Shown here: positions 1-9,484 of the stretch, piece after piece
Numbering within the stretch: position 1 is the first letter of the stretch
Layout of the letters: each line of letters opens with the position of its first letter
Assembly (NCBI GenBank): GCA_041640715.1
Contig: JBEPZU010000003.1
Location: forward strand, 12,826 to 76,825
DNA: 64,000 bases
DNA from: Thermoproteota archaeon
Lineage (GTDB): Archaea; Thermoproteota; Thermoprotei; Gearchaeales; Gearchaeaceae
Direction: 5' to 3'
Position numbers and translations under genes: made by a program
Notes under the pieces: generated by a model
Seen by the model: only the letters and a program-made list of their open reading frames with translations
Database searches by the model: none
Told to the model about the DNA's origin: nothing

Positions 1-454
1 ATATATTTTGTTATTCTCGTTAAGAATCGAAACGCAGTTGTAAACTAGCTTATCCCTTATTACTTCCATCGCATAATCATGTTTCAACCCCATTTCGTTT
101 AATAATTCATCCACTAGTTTTGAGAAACTTTCCATCTCTACGCTTTCGTAATGCTTAACAACTCCTACATGGTCCTTTCCTGCGAATAACTTCTCTACTT
201 TAGCTGCAAAGCTTAAGCCTCCTTCATTCATACTTTGACTTTTTCTTGCTTTGTCAAAGAGTGTGAAAGGAGATGTGCGGCTTTCCAAGCGAAATAGCCT
301 GCTTCGCTCAAAGGAAAATAGATGTACATCATGGCTATGACAGCAATATAAGCGATATATGAATAAAGAGATTCTAATGTTAGACCTAGATTATAAAAAG
401 TCATGAAAGTGTTTTAAGGCTTAAGAAAATATCCATACGTTCTGACAGGAGATG

Positions 455-817
455 CTACAGCTTCTCAAAGACGACTAACGTCTTAACACCGTATTGGCTA
501 ACCTTAAGCCTTAATAGAAAGGAAAGGGTCGGTCTGTCAATGGTTTTCGGAGAACGCCAGAAACAACAAGTTGAAGGGGCATTTGCGATTCCAGCTACAG
601 GTATTCCCTTCCTTGCACATGCCTCTACATCTATGTGATCATAACCTGTGCTTGGTTGTAGAATTAATTTAACCTTTTTCATAGCCTTGCACATATCTCT
701 AGTTATCTTCATCTTGAACGTGTGATCTCCCACTATGATGTCAGCTTCTTCAAGTACGCTCAAAATCTTTTCCATGCTTTCATCGTATAAGCTAACTACT
801 TTAATTTCTGCATTCAC
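455..817 (-). pseudogene. N-terminal fragment of a D-isomer-specific 2-hydroxyacid dehydrogenase, truncated or frameshifted.
   Basis: The first ~80 aa, ending in LILQPSTGYDHIDVEACARKGIPVAGIANA, match the catalytic-domain N-terminus of the D-2-hydroxyacid dehydrogenase family. The remaining 40 aa are nonsense and stop before any GxGxxG NAD-binding domain. Family-like peptide fragments appear in other frames of 1..455 with no start codon. Confidence 0.45.
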
Positions 818-1061
818 TTTGCTGATATAAGGCGCAAAGAGACTTTCTACGAGGGCTTCTGGTAAAGGAGAAAAAGAAGCGATTAAGAATTTTTCCTCGA
901 TTGTAATCCAATAGCGAATTTATGCAATATATTGCTTAATAATCAAAGATTTTTAGTTATTATCATTTGAAAGAGTAATAGTAAACGTTTGTTTCGTTCA
1001 AATTTTTTTATTCTCAAATTAAAAACTCTAGAAATAAAATACTAGAGGATCATTTTTAATC

Positions 1062-1595
1062 ATGGTTAAACCCTTTTTAGCGATGATTGCCGTGTTTGTA
1101 GCTACTAGTCTTGTAACTTATGCGTCTCTTCATTTAAATCAAGATAAAGGAATTCTAGATAGCAACCTAAAAACCGAAGCGGAAGTTTATCCTTTCAAGC
1201 TCACGATGATTTTGAGCAAAGATGATTTTGAATTGCATGAAAAGATCATCATTAATTGGATTTTAACAAACATAGGCAATAACACTGAAATAGCTTATTC
1301 CCCAGACTTTACTATTAGTTTTAAAGTTTACGATGAAAATTTCAATCTGGTATATTTATCTAAACCATGCTTTGAAATGACACCTGCATGCGCAATGCCT
1401 TATCGTAGCGTTGATGTTAAACCAGGAAGCAATGTGAGTGGTCAAATGATCTTAGATCCTAAGAACTTTGGTGAGAAAATCGTTGGACATAACTCTTATT
1501 TCTTATCAATTTACATAAGCGCTAAATATCTCCCAAGTCTTGGTGATGGAACCATAATAGAAACACCACCTATCAAAGTTACTTTTAAAATTTAG
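1062..1595 (+). CDS. Hypothetical secreted or membrane-anchored protein.
   Basis: 177-aa ORF with an N-terminal hydrophobic signal or anchor (MVKPFLAMIAVFVATSLVTYA) followed by a hydrophilic body. No recognisable catalytic motifs. Confidence 0.45.
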   Translation: MVKPFLAMIAVFVATSLVTYASLHLNQDKGILDSNLKTEAEVYPFKLTMILSKDDFELHEKIIINWILTNIGNNTEIAYSPDFTISFKVYDENFNLVYLSKPCFEMTPACAMPYRSVDVKPGSNVSGQMILDPKNFGEKIVGHNSYFLSIYISAKYLPSLGDGTIIETPPIKVTFKI

Positions 1596-1599
1596 TGAA

Positions 1600-1924
1600 T
1601 AATGACCGTTTTGGTAGCCGCCCTATAGTTTCTCTTATCCTTAAAAATATCGTTTATATCTTCTAATCCTTTATTTTTCAGAAATTCTCAACTTGCAAGT
1701 TTAGTATATATTGTACTTCAATTAATTCGTTGAAAAACCAATAATGCTTACTTGAATTTCTATCTCGCTAAATACGATATTAGAAATAGACGTATTGAGA
1801 TGGCTGCCTCCTAGACCAACCAATATCAAGAGACTACCATTGCTCAATATCTTTCTAGCTTGGGATATTCCACATCCTTAATTCCCAAAGGTTTTCCGAA
1901 ACCGGTGAGTACAACTGCTTTCAC
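1600..1924 (-). pseudogene. Decayed remnant of a zinc-type (MDR) alcohol dehydrogenase N-terminus.
   Basis: The minus strand has GTG at 1924..1922 followed by VKAVVLTGFGKPLGIKDVEYPKLERY and a TGA at 1846..1844. This is the classic MDR-ADH N-terminus. Downstream frames show only weak ADH-like remnants with multiple stops. Confidence 0.35.
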
Positions 1925-1950
1925 GATACTCTAAAATTTTATAAATTTCA

Positions 1951-2724
1951 TTATTTTATCTTTATTAATTTTTTAATCAACTCTGAATATGTTTCTACTC
2001 TTCTATCGTTCAACCTCTCTTTTCTAAAACCTTCTACTTTCTTAGGATCCAAATCAGCTATCAAGATGTCCTCTTCTTCTTTTGCTGAAGCAAAGATCTT
2101 AGGGATTACTACATCTTCTTTGATCTCGAAGTCTACGACTATGCTTTTACCTAGAAAACTAGGAGGTAAGAAAGTATTGGGAGAAGCTATATGAACCCTG
2201 TTTTCCAAAGCCCTTGTCAGAACATAAAGCTTCCAAGGTTCGTATCCAATATCTTTTATCCTAGAAGGTGCGAATATGATCTCTGCACCTTTGAGCACCA
2301 ATATCCTAACGACTTCTGGGTAGACCAAATCATTGCATATCGTTATTGCTATTTTAGTGTTGTTTAGTTCGAATACGTTATATTCTTCACCTGGAATAGC
2401 TATTTCCTTTTCTGCTTTGAACAAATGGACTTTATTTTGTTCACCTATGATTTCACCTTCACTATCTATCAGAAAGCTTTTAATCTCCCTCTTTCCTTTC
2501 TCTTCTACGTAATTACCTCCTGTTATGATTGCTATCTTGTTCTCCTTAGCTGCCTTTATGAAATGAGGAATGATTTCTTTGAAATTTTTAACGTGAATCC
2601 AATGCTCAGGTAAGCATGCAATCTCTGCTTCCATTGAAGAGGCCTTCTTTATTAAATTAATAGCGCGTTGCAATATCTCGTCTTTATCTCCTCTTGAATC
2701 AGGCTGGATTAAGGCTATTTTCAT
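1951..2724 (-). CDS. Carbon-nitrogen hydrolase (nitrilase superfamily).
   Basis: 257 aa. A Glu-Lys-Cys triad is recognisable in CLPEHW, KVHLF and ITICNDL, within a nitrilase-superfamily-like fold pattern. Confidence 0.75.
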   Translation of the reverse strand: MKIALIQPDSRGDKDEILQRAINLIKKASSMEAEIACLPEHWIHVKNFKEIIPHFIKAAKENKIAIITGGNYVEEKGKREIKSFLIDSEGEIIGEQNKVHLFKAEKEIAIPGEEYNVFELNNTKIAITICNDLVYPEVVRILVLKGAEIIFAPSRIKDIGYEPWKLYVLTRALENRVHIASPNTFLPPSFLGKSIVVDFEIKEDVVIPKIFASAKEEEDILIADLDPKKVEGFRKERLNDRRVETYSELIKKLIKIK

Positions 2725-2808
2725 GTCATGAGATTTCTCGAGAATAAATAAAAGCTTATTTACTTAGCTTCTATAAGATATATAGGAATATAGAGGATAT
2801 ACTTATGC

Positions 2809-2826
2809 GTTTATTTATATATAAAA
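2809..2826 (+). promoter_or_regulatory. Putative archaeal TATA/BRE-like promoter element for oxidase operon 1.
   Basis: An AT-rich tttatatataaaac element lies ~35-45 nt upstream of the ATG at 2858, in an intergenic region divergent from the nitrilase-family gene. Confidence 0.25.
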
Positions 2827-2857
2827 CTTTAAATACTTTAATTAAATTTAAAAAAAT

Positions 2858-3007
2858 ATGAAATCCCTTTTTGTAAAGAGTAAAGGAACACAAGAACATT
2901 TCGTACCTAAAGCTACAATAATTACACTAGCGATATATCTAGGTATATTAACAGTGGCGTGGATAGCTGTTTATTTAATTATGTTATCGAGGGGTGCTTT
3001 TGGTTAA
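2858..3007 (+). CDS. Unlisted 49-aa single-TM small protein, a candidate oxidase subunit IIa-like (CbaD-like) component.
   Basis: ATG at 2858 gives MKSLFVKSKGTQEHFVPKATIITLAIYLGILTVAWIAVYLIMLSRGAFG. The stop TAA abuts the subunit II ATG (taaATG at 3005..3010). It is below the 60-aa ORF cut-off, and a similarly placed ORF exists in the second oxidase operon. Confidence 0.5.
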   Translation: MKSLFVKSKGTQEHFVPKATIITLAIYLGILTVAWIAVYLIMLSRGAFG

Positions 3008-3457
3008 ATGGAGAAGCTAGAAGTATTTTTTGTAGTTGTTGTCTTGGCTTTCCTTGGTTTATTCCTTTCTTTGCTAGCATACGGAAACGTCATAGGGTAT
3101 ACTACTCCTACAGCTTGTACTATATTCCCAGAGGTGGAAATTTTTAAACCTTCTGTAGAAGAAATAGAACCGGGAGTTTACAGGGTTAAGGTCGTTGCAG
3201 CACAATACTATTTCCTTCCTGCAGAAATAAAACTGAAAAATCCTAAAAAAGTGATCTTTGAGGTTTTAAGCAAGGACGTCGTGCATGGTATTACAATAGA
3301 AGGAACAAACGTGAATTTGATGGTTTTCCCCCGTTACGTGGCTACTTTCGTATGGGAAGTACCCCAGTATATGAAAGGTACTTTCTTGATGTACTGCAAC
3401 GAATATTGTGGTTCAGGACATCAAACCATGTATGCTCACTTAATAATAGAGAGGTGA
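3008..3457 (+). CDS. Haem-copper oxidase subunit II (CuA subunit), B-type.
   Basis: 149 aa with a single N-terminal TM helix. The CuA ligand motif is present: H...CNEYCGSGHQTM. Confidence 0.85.
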   Translation: MEKLEVFFVVVVLAFLGLFLSLLAYGNVIGYTTPTACTIFPEVEIFKPSVEEIEPGVYRVKVVAAQYYFLPAEIKLKNPKKVIFEVLSKDVVHGITIEGTNVNLMVFPRYVATFVWEVPQYMKGTFLMYCNEYCGSGHQTMYAHLIIER

Positions 3458-3458
3458 G

Positions 3459-5072
3459 ATGATGGAAACAAGCTTCAAGACAGAGGATAGGTTTTCTAAG
3501 ATATCTATATCATTCGCCTTCCTAGTACTAGCCTTAGGAGGGCTTTTCGGTCTACTTCAGTTATTGACGAGGACTCCTTATTCACCGCTACAATTAGAAC
3601 CAGCTACTTATTACTTAAGCGTAACTGCTCACGGTGTGTTGTTGGCTATCGTATGGACAGCGTTCTTCATAATGGGCTTAGCAGCGTTCGTGATAACAAG
3701 GGAGCTAGGACAGAAAATTAACAGCGTATTACTTAACGTAGCTTTAATTTTAACATTGGCAGGAACTTTGATGGCGGCAATTGCCATATTAAGCGGTACT
3801 TCTAATGTGCTCTATACGTTTTATCCTCCTCTTAAAGCTAATGCTTTCTTCTATTTAGGAGCAGCTATATTATTAATCGGTACATGGATTTTCGCTGTAG
3901 CTATTTTCTTAGCGTTCTTTAACTGGAGGAAGAAGACAAAGGCTGCGATTCCATTAGCTACAATGGGAGTGCTTACGACTCTCATTGTATGGCTAGAGGC
4001 AACACCTGGATTGGCAATCGAAGTCCTTAAAAACCTAATACCCATGGCTTTATTCGATACGCCTGTAGATGCTCTTGAATCCAGGACCTATTTCTGGTAT
4101 TTCGGTCATGCTTTAGTCTACTTCTGGCTATTACCTGCTATAACTCTATGGTATTTCTTCTTGCCTAAGCTATTAAACACAACCATATATAGTGAAAAGG
4201 CGGCAAAAGCTGCTTTCATACTTTTCATACTTTTCTCCACACCTGTAGGATTACATCATCAATTCCAAGATCCTGGAGTTTCACCTCAGTATAAGTTCTT
4301 GCATACTGTATTGACCTACTTAGTGACAGTACCTAGTTTCATGACCGCGTTTAACTTGCTTGCTACAATGGAGAAGAGTTATAGAGAAAAAGGTGGAAAG
4401 TCTTTATTCGGATGGATTAAGCATCTACCATGGAAAGATGGTGTTTTTGTAGGAATAGCTGTTTCCATGATACTTTTTGCCTTCGGAGGAATTAGCGGGA
4501 TAATAAACGCAGCATATACTATTAACGCAGTAGTTCATAATACTGTTTGGGTTGTAGGACACTTCCATCTAACTGTAGGTACAGCTGTTACTCTAACATT
4601 CATGGCCGCTAGTTATGTTATAATACCTGCTTTGTTTGGAAAAGCGATGGTATTTAAACGTTTTATCTTAGCACAGCCTTACCTTTGGTTAATAGGTATG
4701 CTTATTTTCTCTACTTCGTTCCACGTTGGAGGATTATTAGGAATTCCTAGAAGGACAGCAGATATTTTATACGGAGGTTCAGCTCCTTCTAGTTGGATAC
4801 CGCTAGCACAAATAGCAGCGATAGGAGGTATTATATTGTTCATTTCAGGAGTGATATTCATCTTCAACTCAGGTTTCTCCTTGTTAAGAGGGCCAAGAGT
4901 CCAAATGGATGCAGGATCTTTATTTGAAAACAAGAACGAAGATCCTACCATTCTAGATAAACTCTCTATCTGGGTAGTTATCGCAATAGTTATAATCTTA
5001 GTGGCATACATCCTGCCGTTCATGGAGATTTATTCCAGAGGACTTTCGCCAGCCCCTCCAACGTTGCCTTAA
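3459..5072 (+). CDS. Haem-copper oxidase subunit I (ba3/SoxB-like).
   Basis: 537 aa polytopic membrane protein. Conserved His ligands are visible in HHQFQDPG and VVGHFHLTVG. The 1-nt spacing after subunit II is operon-like. Confidence 0.9.
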   Translation: MMETSFKTEDRFSKISISFAFLVLALGGLFGLLQLLTRTPYSPLQLEPATYYLSVTAHGVLLAIVWTAFFIMGLAAFVITRELGQKINSVLLNVALILTLAGTLMAAIAILSGTSNVLYTFYPPLKANAFFYLGAAILLIGTWIFAVAIFLAFFNWRKKTKAAIPLATMGVLTTLIVWLEATPGLAIEVLKNLIPMALFDTPVDALESRTYFWYFGHALVYFWLLPAITLWYFFLPKLLNTTIYSEKAAKAAFILFILFSTPVGLHHQFQDPGVSPQYKFLHTVLTYLVTVPSFMTAFNLLATMEKSYREKGGKSLFGWIKHLPWKDGVFVGIAVSMILFAFGGISGIINAAYTINAVVHNTVWVVGHFHLTVGTAVTLTFMAASYVIIPALFGKAMVFKRFILAQPYLWLIGMLIFSTSFHVGGLLGIPRRTADILYGGSAPSSWIPLAQIAAIGGIILFISGVIFIFNSGFSLLRGPRVQMDAGSLFENKNEDPTILDKLSIWVVIAIVIILVAYILPFMEIYSRGLSPAPPTLP

Positions 5073-5102
5073 ATTAATTATATTTTTTATCTTTATTTTT
5101 GT

Positions 5103-6368
5103 TTATATTTTTGTTTTTATTTCTCTAAAAAAATAAATCATTAAAATAGTATTAAGACTTCCACTTATCGTCATAAGAGTATATCTTATAAATCTAAAAG
5201 GCTCATTTGTAGTCAATTCTATATCTTTAGCATAGAAGCTTGCATCTATAGGTGCTAAAAATCGAATAAAAAACGGATTGTTAATAGCTATAAAAATGAA
5301 AGTATTAATAATTATAGCTATAAATATATTTTTTAATTTATTATCTTGATAAATGTTTGCAAAATAAATTATAGATAAAAATAAAAAATATAAAATATAT
5401 TGTTCATTAATTGTTTGTCTAAATATTAAGAAAATTATAGTAGTAATAAAAAAGGATCCTAAAATTTCCTTAAATTCTTTTGCATTATTCTTATGACGGA
5501 AATAAATAAAAGGAGTAGCTAGCGTAACAGGTATCCAAATATATGGTATGAATAAGGTGAAAACATAATATAAAGAAGAAAATAAAGAAGAATTTAAATA
5601 AAGTAAATAGTTTAATATCATGAATATATTGAACTGACCGAAAATTTTCTTGGCAAAAACATCTTCGACTGCGAGCAAAAGCTTCGTATATTGTTCGTTT
5701 AGATTAAGCATTGTCAATGATAGGAGAGGTAAGATTACGCCTAGGAAAAAGAAAACTGAAGCAAATTTCAAAAGAGATTTCCTGTTTTTCAGGAATAATG
5801 CAAAGTAAATGGGAATGTAGATGAAAGGAAGGCCTATTATCAAGAAGGCTAAAGTTATATAAACAAAGCTCATTTTAGATTCGAATTCTAACAAAGCTAG
5901 TAGGATGAAAGTTATGGCTAAGTTGTGGGGTATTCCCCAAATACTTGAGAATATTATAGGTATTGGATTGAATAACCAAAGCAATGCGGGTTTTACATCT
6001 TCATTCTTAAAGTACTTTGATCCTATTTTGTAGATCAGGTATCCATTGGCTACGTCTCCTATTATCATGGGTTGCTTGAGCATGAAGTAATAAAGGAAAG
6101 GCAAATCAATGCCTAATAATTTGTAAAGCGAATATGCTAAAGCTGAGAAATAAGCATAAAGAGGAGGATAAGCGATTCCTACAACTCCTTCATGCCAAAA
6201 GCTAACATCCGGATAAGCATTGATGAACTCATAAGGCCAATTTCCTTTAGCAATATGTTCACCAATTCTAACGAAAAGCTCGAAATCATAAGGATGTCCT
6301 GTCCAAAACGAGAATGCTTCTCTCAATAAAAGGGATAAAACTAGGGCTCTTTTGATGTCAAATTTCAT
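5103..6368 (-). CDS. Polytopic membrane protein, probably a GT-C-fold glycosyltransferase (PMT/ArnT/DUF2029-like).
   Basis: 421 aa with more than 10 predicted TM segments. The N-terminal loop, GHPYDFELFVRIGEHIAKGNWPYEF, resembles GT-C mannosyltransferase loops. Confidence 0.45.
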   Translation of the reverse strand: MKFDIKRALVLSLLLREAFSFWTGHPYDFELFVRIGEHIAKGNWPYEFINAYPDVSFWHEGVVGIAYPPLYAYFSALAYSLYKLLGIDLPFLYYFMLKQPMIIGDVANGYLIYKIGSKYFKNEDVKPALLWLFNPIPIIFSSIWGIPHNLAITFILLALLEFESKMSFVYITLAFLIIGLPFIYIPIYFALFLKNRKSLLKFASVFFFLGVILPLLSLTMLNLNEQYTKLLLAVEDVFAKKIFGQFNIFMILNYLLYLNSSLFSSLYYVFTLFIPYIWIPVTLATPFIYFRHKNNAKEFKEILGSFFITTIIFLIFRQTINEQYILYFLFLSIIYFANIYQDNKLKNIFIAIIINTFIFIAINNPFFIRFLAPIDASFYAKDIELTTNEPFRFIRYTLMTISGSLNTILMIYFFREIKTKI

Positions 6369-6384
6369 CTTTTGAAATTCAGAT

Positions 6385-8013
6385 CTAGTTTTCTACTACG
6401 TTTATGAATTCCCTTCTCTTTACGTCGAAGAGTCCTTTATCACTTATCTTCAGCTCTGGTATAACTAATAGACTCATGAAGGAAAGCGTTATGTATGGGT
6501 TCTTAAGAACACAACCTAGATTATATAGCTCTTCGTTGATCTTCACTAATTTCTCGGCAACTTGCTTAGGTTCCTCAGGGCTCATCAAACCAGCTATGTT
6601 CAATCTAAGCAAATCTTCTCTTTCCTTAGAAGCTAGAGAAAGTCCTCCACCGTTTTCTATTAACATGTTGACTGCTTTGCATAGCAATTTATCATCGCTC
6701 CCAACTGCTATTATGTTATGGGAATCATGGGCTATGCTAGCTGCAATCGCGCAATCTTTGAAGCCGAATCCTTTAACAAAACCTGTGCTTATGTTTCCAT
6801 GACCGTATCTCTCCACGACGGTTATCTTCAAGATATCTTTAGATGTATCTGTTTTCACCTCATCATCTATAACTCTCATTTCCTCAATCAAGTGTTTAGT
6901 TATTATTTGATCTTCCACAACACCTATTACGTTGACCTTTGTGCTTTTTCCCTTTGCTCTTATCTTTAGCTTATCTTCGGTGAGCAAATTCGCTCTCATC
7001 GTATTCCCAGTCACTTTGGGCTCTACTTTGAAAAGAGCTATTCCTTTTTCTGCTACTAATTTACCATCTACGAATACTTTTTCTATCTTCAAACTTCGAA
7101 GGTCATCAACGATCAGAAAATCTGCAGGATCGCCTTCTCTGAGCAATCCAACAGGTAGTCCATAATGAAGAACTGGATTCTTAGTAACGCTCTTCAATGC
7201 TTTCATCGGGTCTATTCCAAATTCCAAGACGGCCTTCCTTAGAATATAATCTAAATGCCCATTGATTAGGTCGTTGACTAAAACATCATCACCTACTAAA
7301 AAGCACTCAAATCCTTGATCTAGAAGTCTTATGAGTTCTTTCATGTTCTTAGCCGTGGACCCTTCTCTTATCATTATCTTAATCCCTAGCTTAGCCTTTT
7401 CCAAGGCTTCTTCGTAATAAACAGATTCGTGATCTGTCTCTATCCCTGCTTCTACATATTTCCTAAGTTTTTCTCCTCTAAGCATAGGAGCATGGCCATC
7501 TATCCTTTTTCCTAGTTTCTTTGCGATCTCTATTTTAGCCATCACATAAGGATCTCTTTCTATGACAGCTTCGTAATCCATCACTTCACCTAGAGCTACG
7601 ATCCTCTCAAGTTTGAAGATTTCCTCGATCTCTTTGACTCCTAGAGTTGCACCATTAGTTTCATAAACCGTAGCTGGTACACAAGAAGGTGCTGTGAAGA
7701 AAATTTTCATGGGAACTTGCTTGGAATCTTCTATCATGTACTTTATTCCCTCTATTCCTAGGACGTTGGCTATTTCATGGGGATCGGAAACAGTAGCTAT
7801 AGTACCATGGGGAAGCACTACTTCAGCGAACCTGCTAGGACATAAAAGGCTGCTCTCTATGTGAATATGAGCATCAACGAATCCTGGAATGATGTATCTT
7901 TCAAAAATTTTATCAAATTTTTTTATTTTAATGATCCTTCCTTCTTTTATTTCCAGCGAACCAGAATATATTTTATCTTCGAATAAATCTACGATATTAC
8001 CCTCTATTTCCAT
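6385..8013 (-). CDS. ade: Adenine deaminase.
   Basis: 542 aa. Hallmark motifs are IPGFVDAHIHIESS and SDPHEIANV, followed by C-terminal HD and HES stretches typical of the adenine deaminase family. Confidence 0.85.
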   Translation of the reverse strand: MEIEGNIVDLFEDKIYSGSLEIKEGRIIKIKKFDKIFERYIIPGFVDAHIHIESSLLCPSRFAEVVLPHGTIATVSDPHEIANVLGIEGIKYMIEDSKQVPMKIFFTAPSCVPATVYETNGATLGVKEIEEIFKLERIVALGEVMDYEAVIERDPYVMAKIEIAKKLGKRIDGHAPMLRGEKLRKYVEAGIETDHESVYYEEALEKAKLGIKIMIREGSTAKNMKELIRLLDQGFECFLVGDDVLVNDLINGHLDYILRKAVLEFGIDPMKALKSVTKNPVLHYGLPVGLLREGDPADFLIVDDLRSLKIEKVFVDGKLVAEKGIALFKVEPKVTGNTMRANLLTEDKLKIRAKGKSTKVNVIGVVEDQIITKHLIEEMRVIDDEVKTDTSKDILKITVVERYGHGNISTGFVKGFGFKDCAIAASIAHDSHNIIAVGSDDKLLCKAVNMLIENGGGLSLASKEREDLLRLNIAGLMSPEEPKQVAEKLVKINEELYNLGCVLKNPYITLSFMSLLVIPELKISDKGLFDVKRREFINVVEN

Positions 8014-8191
8014 AATCTTAAAACTAGCAACCTTCTTAAATATCCTAACTTAAAGTAATTACGAAAATTCATGGATGGAGATTTTCATGTCTCAAACTTC
8101 TTATACATTAACTTTATTTATTTAATCAATTTTAACTTATTAGATAATTTATCTTTTAAAATTTTTCTTTAATTTAGAAAGTCAATGATTG

Positions 8192-9484
8192 TTATTGTCT
8201 ATTCAAAAATACGGCCTTATTATTTCTCAAAAAATATTCTTCAGATAAGAGCACTTTGTCCCCGATTATCAACGCTTCCTTAGGTAAACTCCTTGAGTTG
8301 TATCTAGAAGCCATAGAATAACCATAAGCACCAGCGTTATGTATAGCTAATATATCTCCTTCTCTAGGCACTTTCATCTTCCTTTTCAAAGCGAATATAT
8401 CACCAGTTTCACATAGATTCCCTACTATTGTCACCTCAGCATCTCCTTCGCTATAAGGATCGTTGCAATTTATAATTTCATGATAGGCATTGTAGAGCAA
8501 GGGTCTTATCAAATGATTAAAACCGCTATTCACCCCTACTATGACTTCACCATACCTGATCTTGACGTCTGTTACCTCAACTAACAATAGTCCAGCGTCT
8601 GCTACTATGTATCTTCCAGGTTCAAAGGAGAGGGCTTCTATTTCTATTTTGCTCTCTTCTACTATTCGGCATAGTTTCTCAGAATAATAATCCAATGGAA
8701 AATCGTCCTGTTCCTTCTTATACCTTACTCCAGGTCCTCCTCCAAAATCTAAGAATTCGATTTCATGTCCTATCTCTTTAACTTCAAAGGCCTTCTTGAT
8801 CAATATTCTAGCAGTTTCCAAGAATTCATCAACTTCTTCCTTTGCTCTCCAATTGGAACCAACATGTTCATGCAACCCTTTAACTTTGAATCCATTTTCT
8901 TTAGCGAATCTCGCCACATCTTTGATTTCGTTTTCAGGTATGGAGAACTTGATAGGTATACCCTCATGTTCCTTACCTGCTGTAATAGTATGCCAGCTTT
9001 GACCTAGACCGCGAATTCCTGGATCTATCCTTATAGATATCTCGTTCTTCATGTTCAATTTCTGCATTTTTTTAAGGACAGATATCGAATCCACGTTTAT
9101 CCTTATCCTGTAATCAGCTATCCTTAGTAGATCCTGGTGACTTAAGCTAGAGCCTGTGAACAATATCTTTTCTTCTTCAAATCCTGTATTAATAGCAAGT
9201 TTGACTTCCTCAGGCGAGACCGCATCTATCCAAGATCCTTCTTCTTTTAGAAGATTTAGGATATTTGGATTTGAATTTGCCTTCATTGCATAATGAATCC
9301 TTACTTGTTTGTCTGTATTTTTCTTTAAGACATCATAAAATCTTCTATAATTTTCCAAGATCCTTTTCCCGTTATATACATAAAGAGGTGTTCCGAATTT
9401 ACCAGCAAGTTCTATCGCTGAATAACCTGCTATGCATAATTCTCCGTTTTTAACTTCAAGATGTCCTTTTATTTCCCACCACAT
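8192..9484 (-). CDS. lysA: Diaminopimelate decarboxylase.
   Basis: 430 aa. PLP-binding YAMKAN, EPGRYIVADAG and GNLCETGD are present. It is the last gene of the dap operon. Confidence 0.9.
   Translation of the reverse strand: MWWEIKGHLEVKNGELCIAGYSAIELAGKFGTPLYVYNGKRILENYRRFYDVLKKNTDKQVRIHYAMKANSNPNILNLLKEEGSWIDAVSPEEVKLAINTGFEEEKILFTGSSLSHQDLLRIADYRIRINVDSISVLKKMQKLNMKNEISIRIDPGIRGLGQSWHTITAGKEHEGIPIKFSIPENEIKDVARFAKENGFKVKGLHEHVGSNWRAKEEVDEFLETARILIKKAFEVKEIGHEIEFLDFGGGPGVRYKKEQDDFPLDYYSEKLCRIVEESKIEIEALSFEPGRYIVADAGLLLVEVTDVKIRYGEVIVGVNSGFNHLIRPLLYNAYHEIINCNDPYSEGDAEVTIVGNLCETGDIFALKRKMKVPREGDILAIHNAGAYGYSMASRYNSRSLPKEALIIGDKVLLSEEYFLRNNKAVFLNRQ

Noticed and set aside
1021-1050. Short ctag-centred inverted repeats (aaaaactctag...ctagag, also at 19246..19280) near gene ends.
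   Set aside because: Stems of only 6-7 bp built on the self-palindromic CTAG. This is within chance expectation for AT-rich DNA and is not a convincing terminator or binding site.
2959-3147. 62-aa ORF overlapping the small-ORF and subunit II junction.
   Set aside because: Off-frame overlap with two better-supported genes.
3851-5023. Antisense ORFs inside oxidase subunit I (3851..4045 and 4679..5023). Similar ORFs lie inside the second oxidase at 25067..26086.
   Set aside because: Shadow ORFs opposite a strongly conserved membrane-protein gene, with hydrophobic-codon complementarity artefacts.
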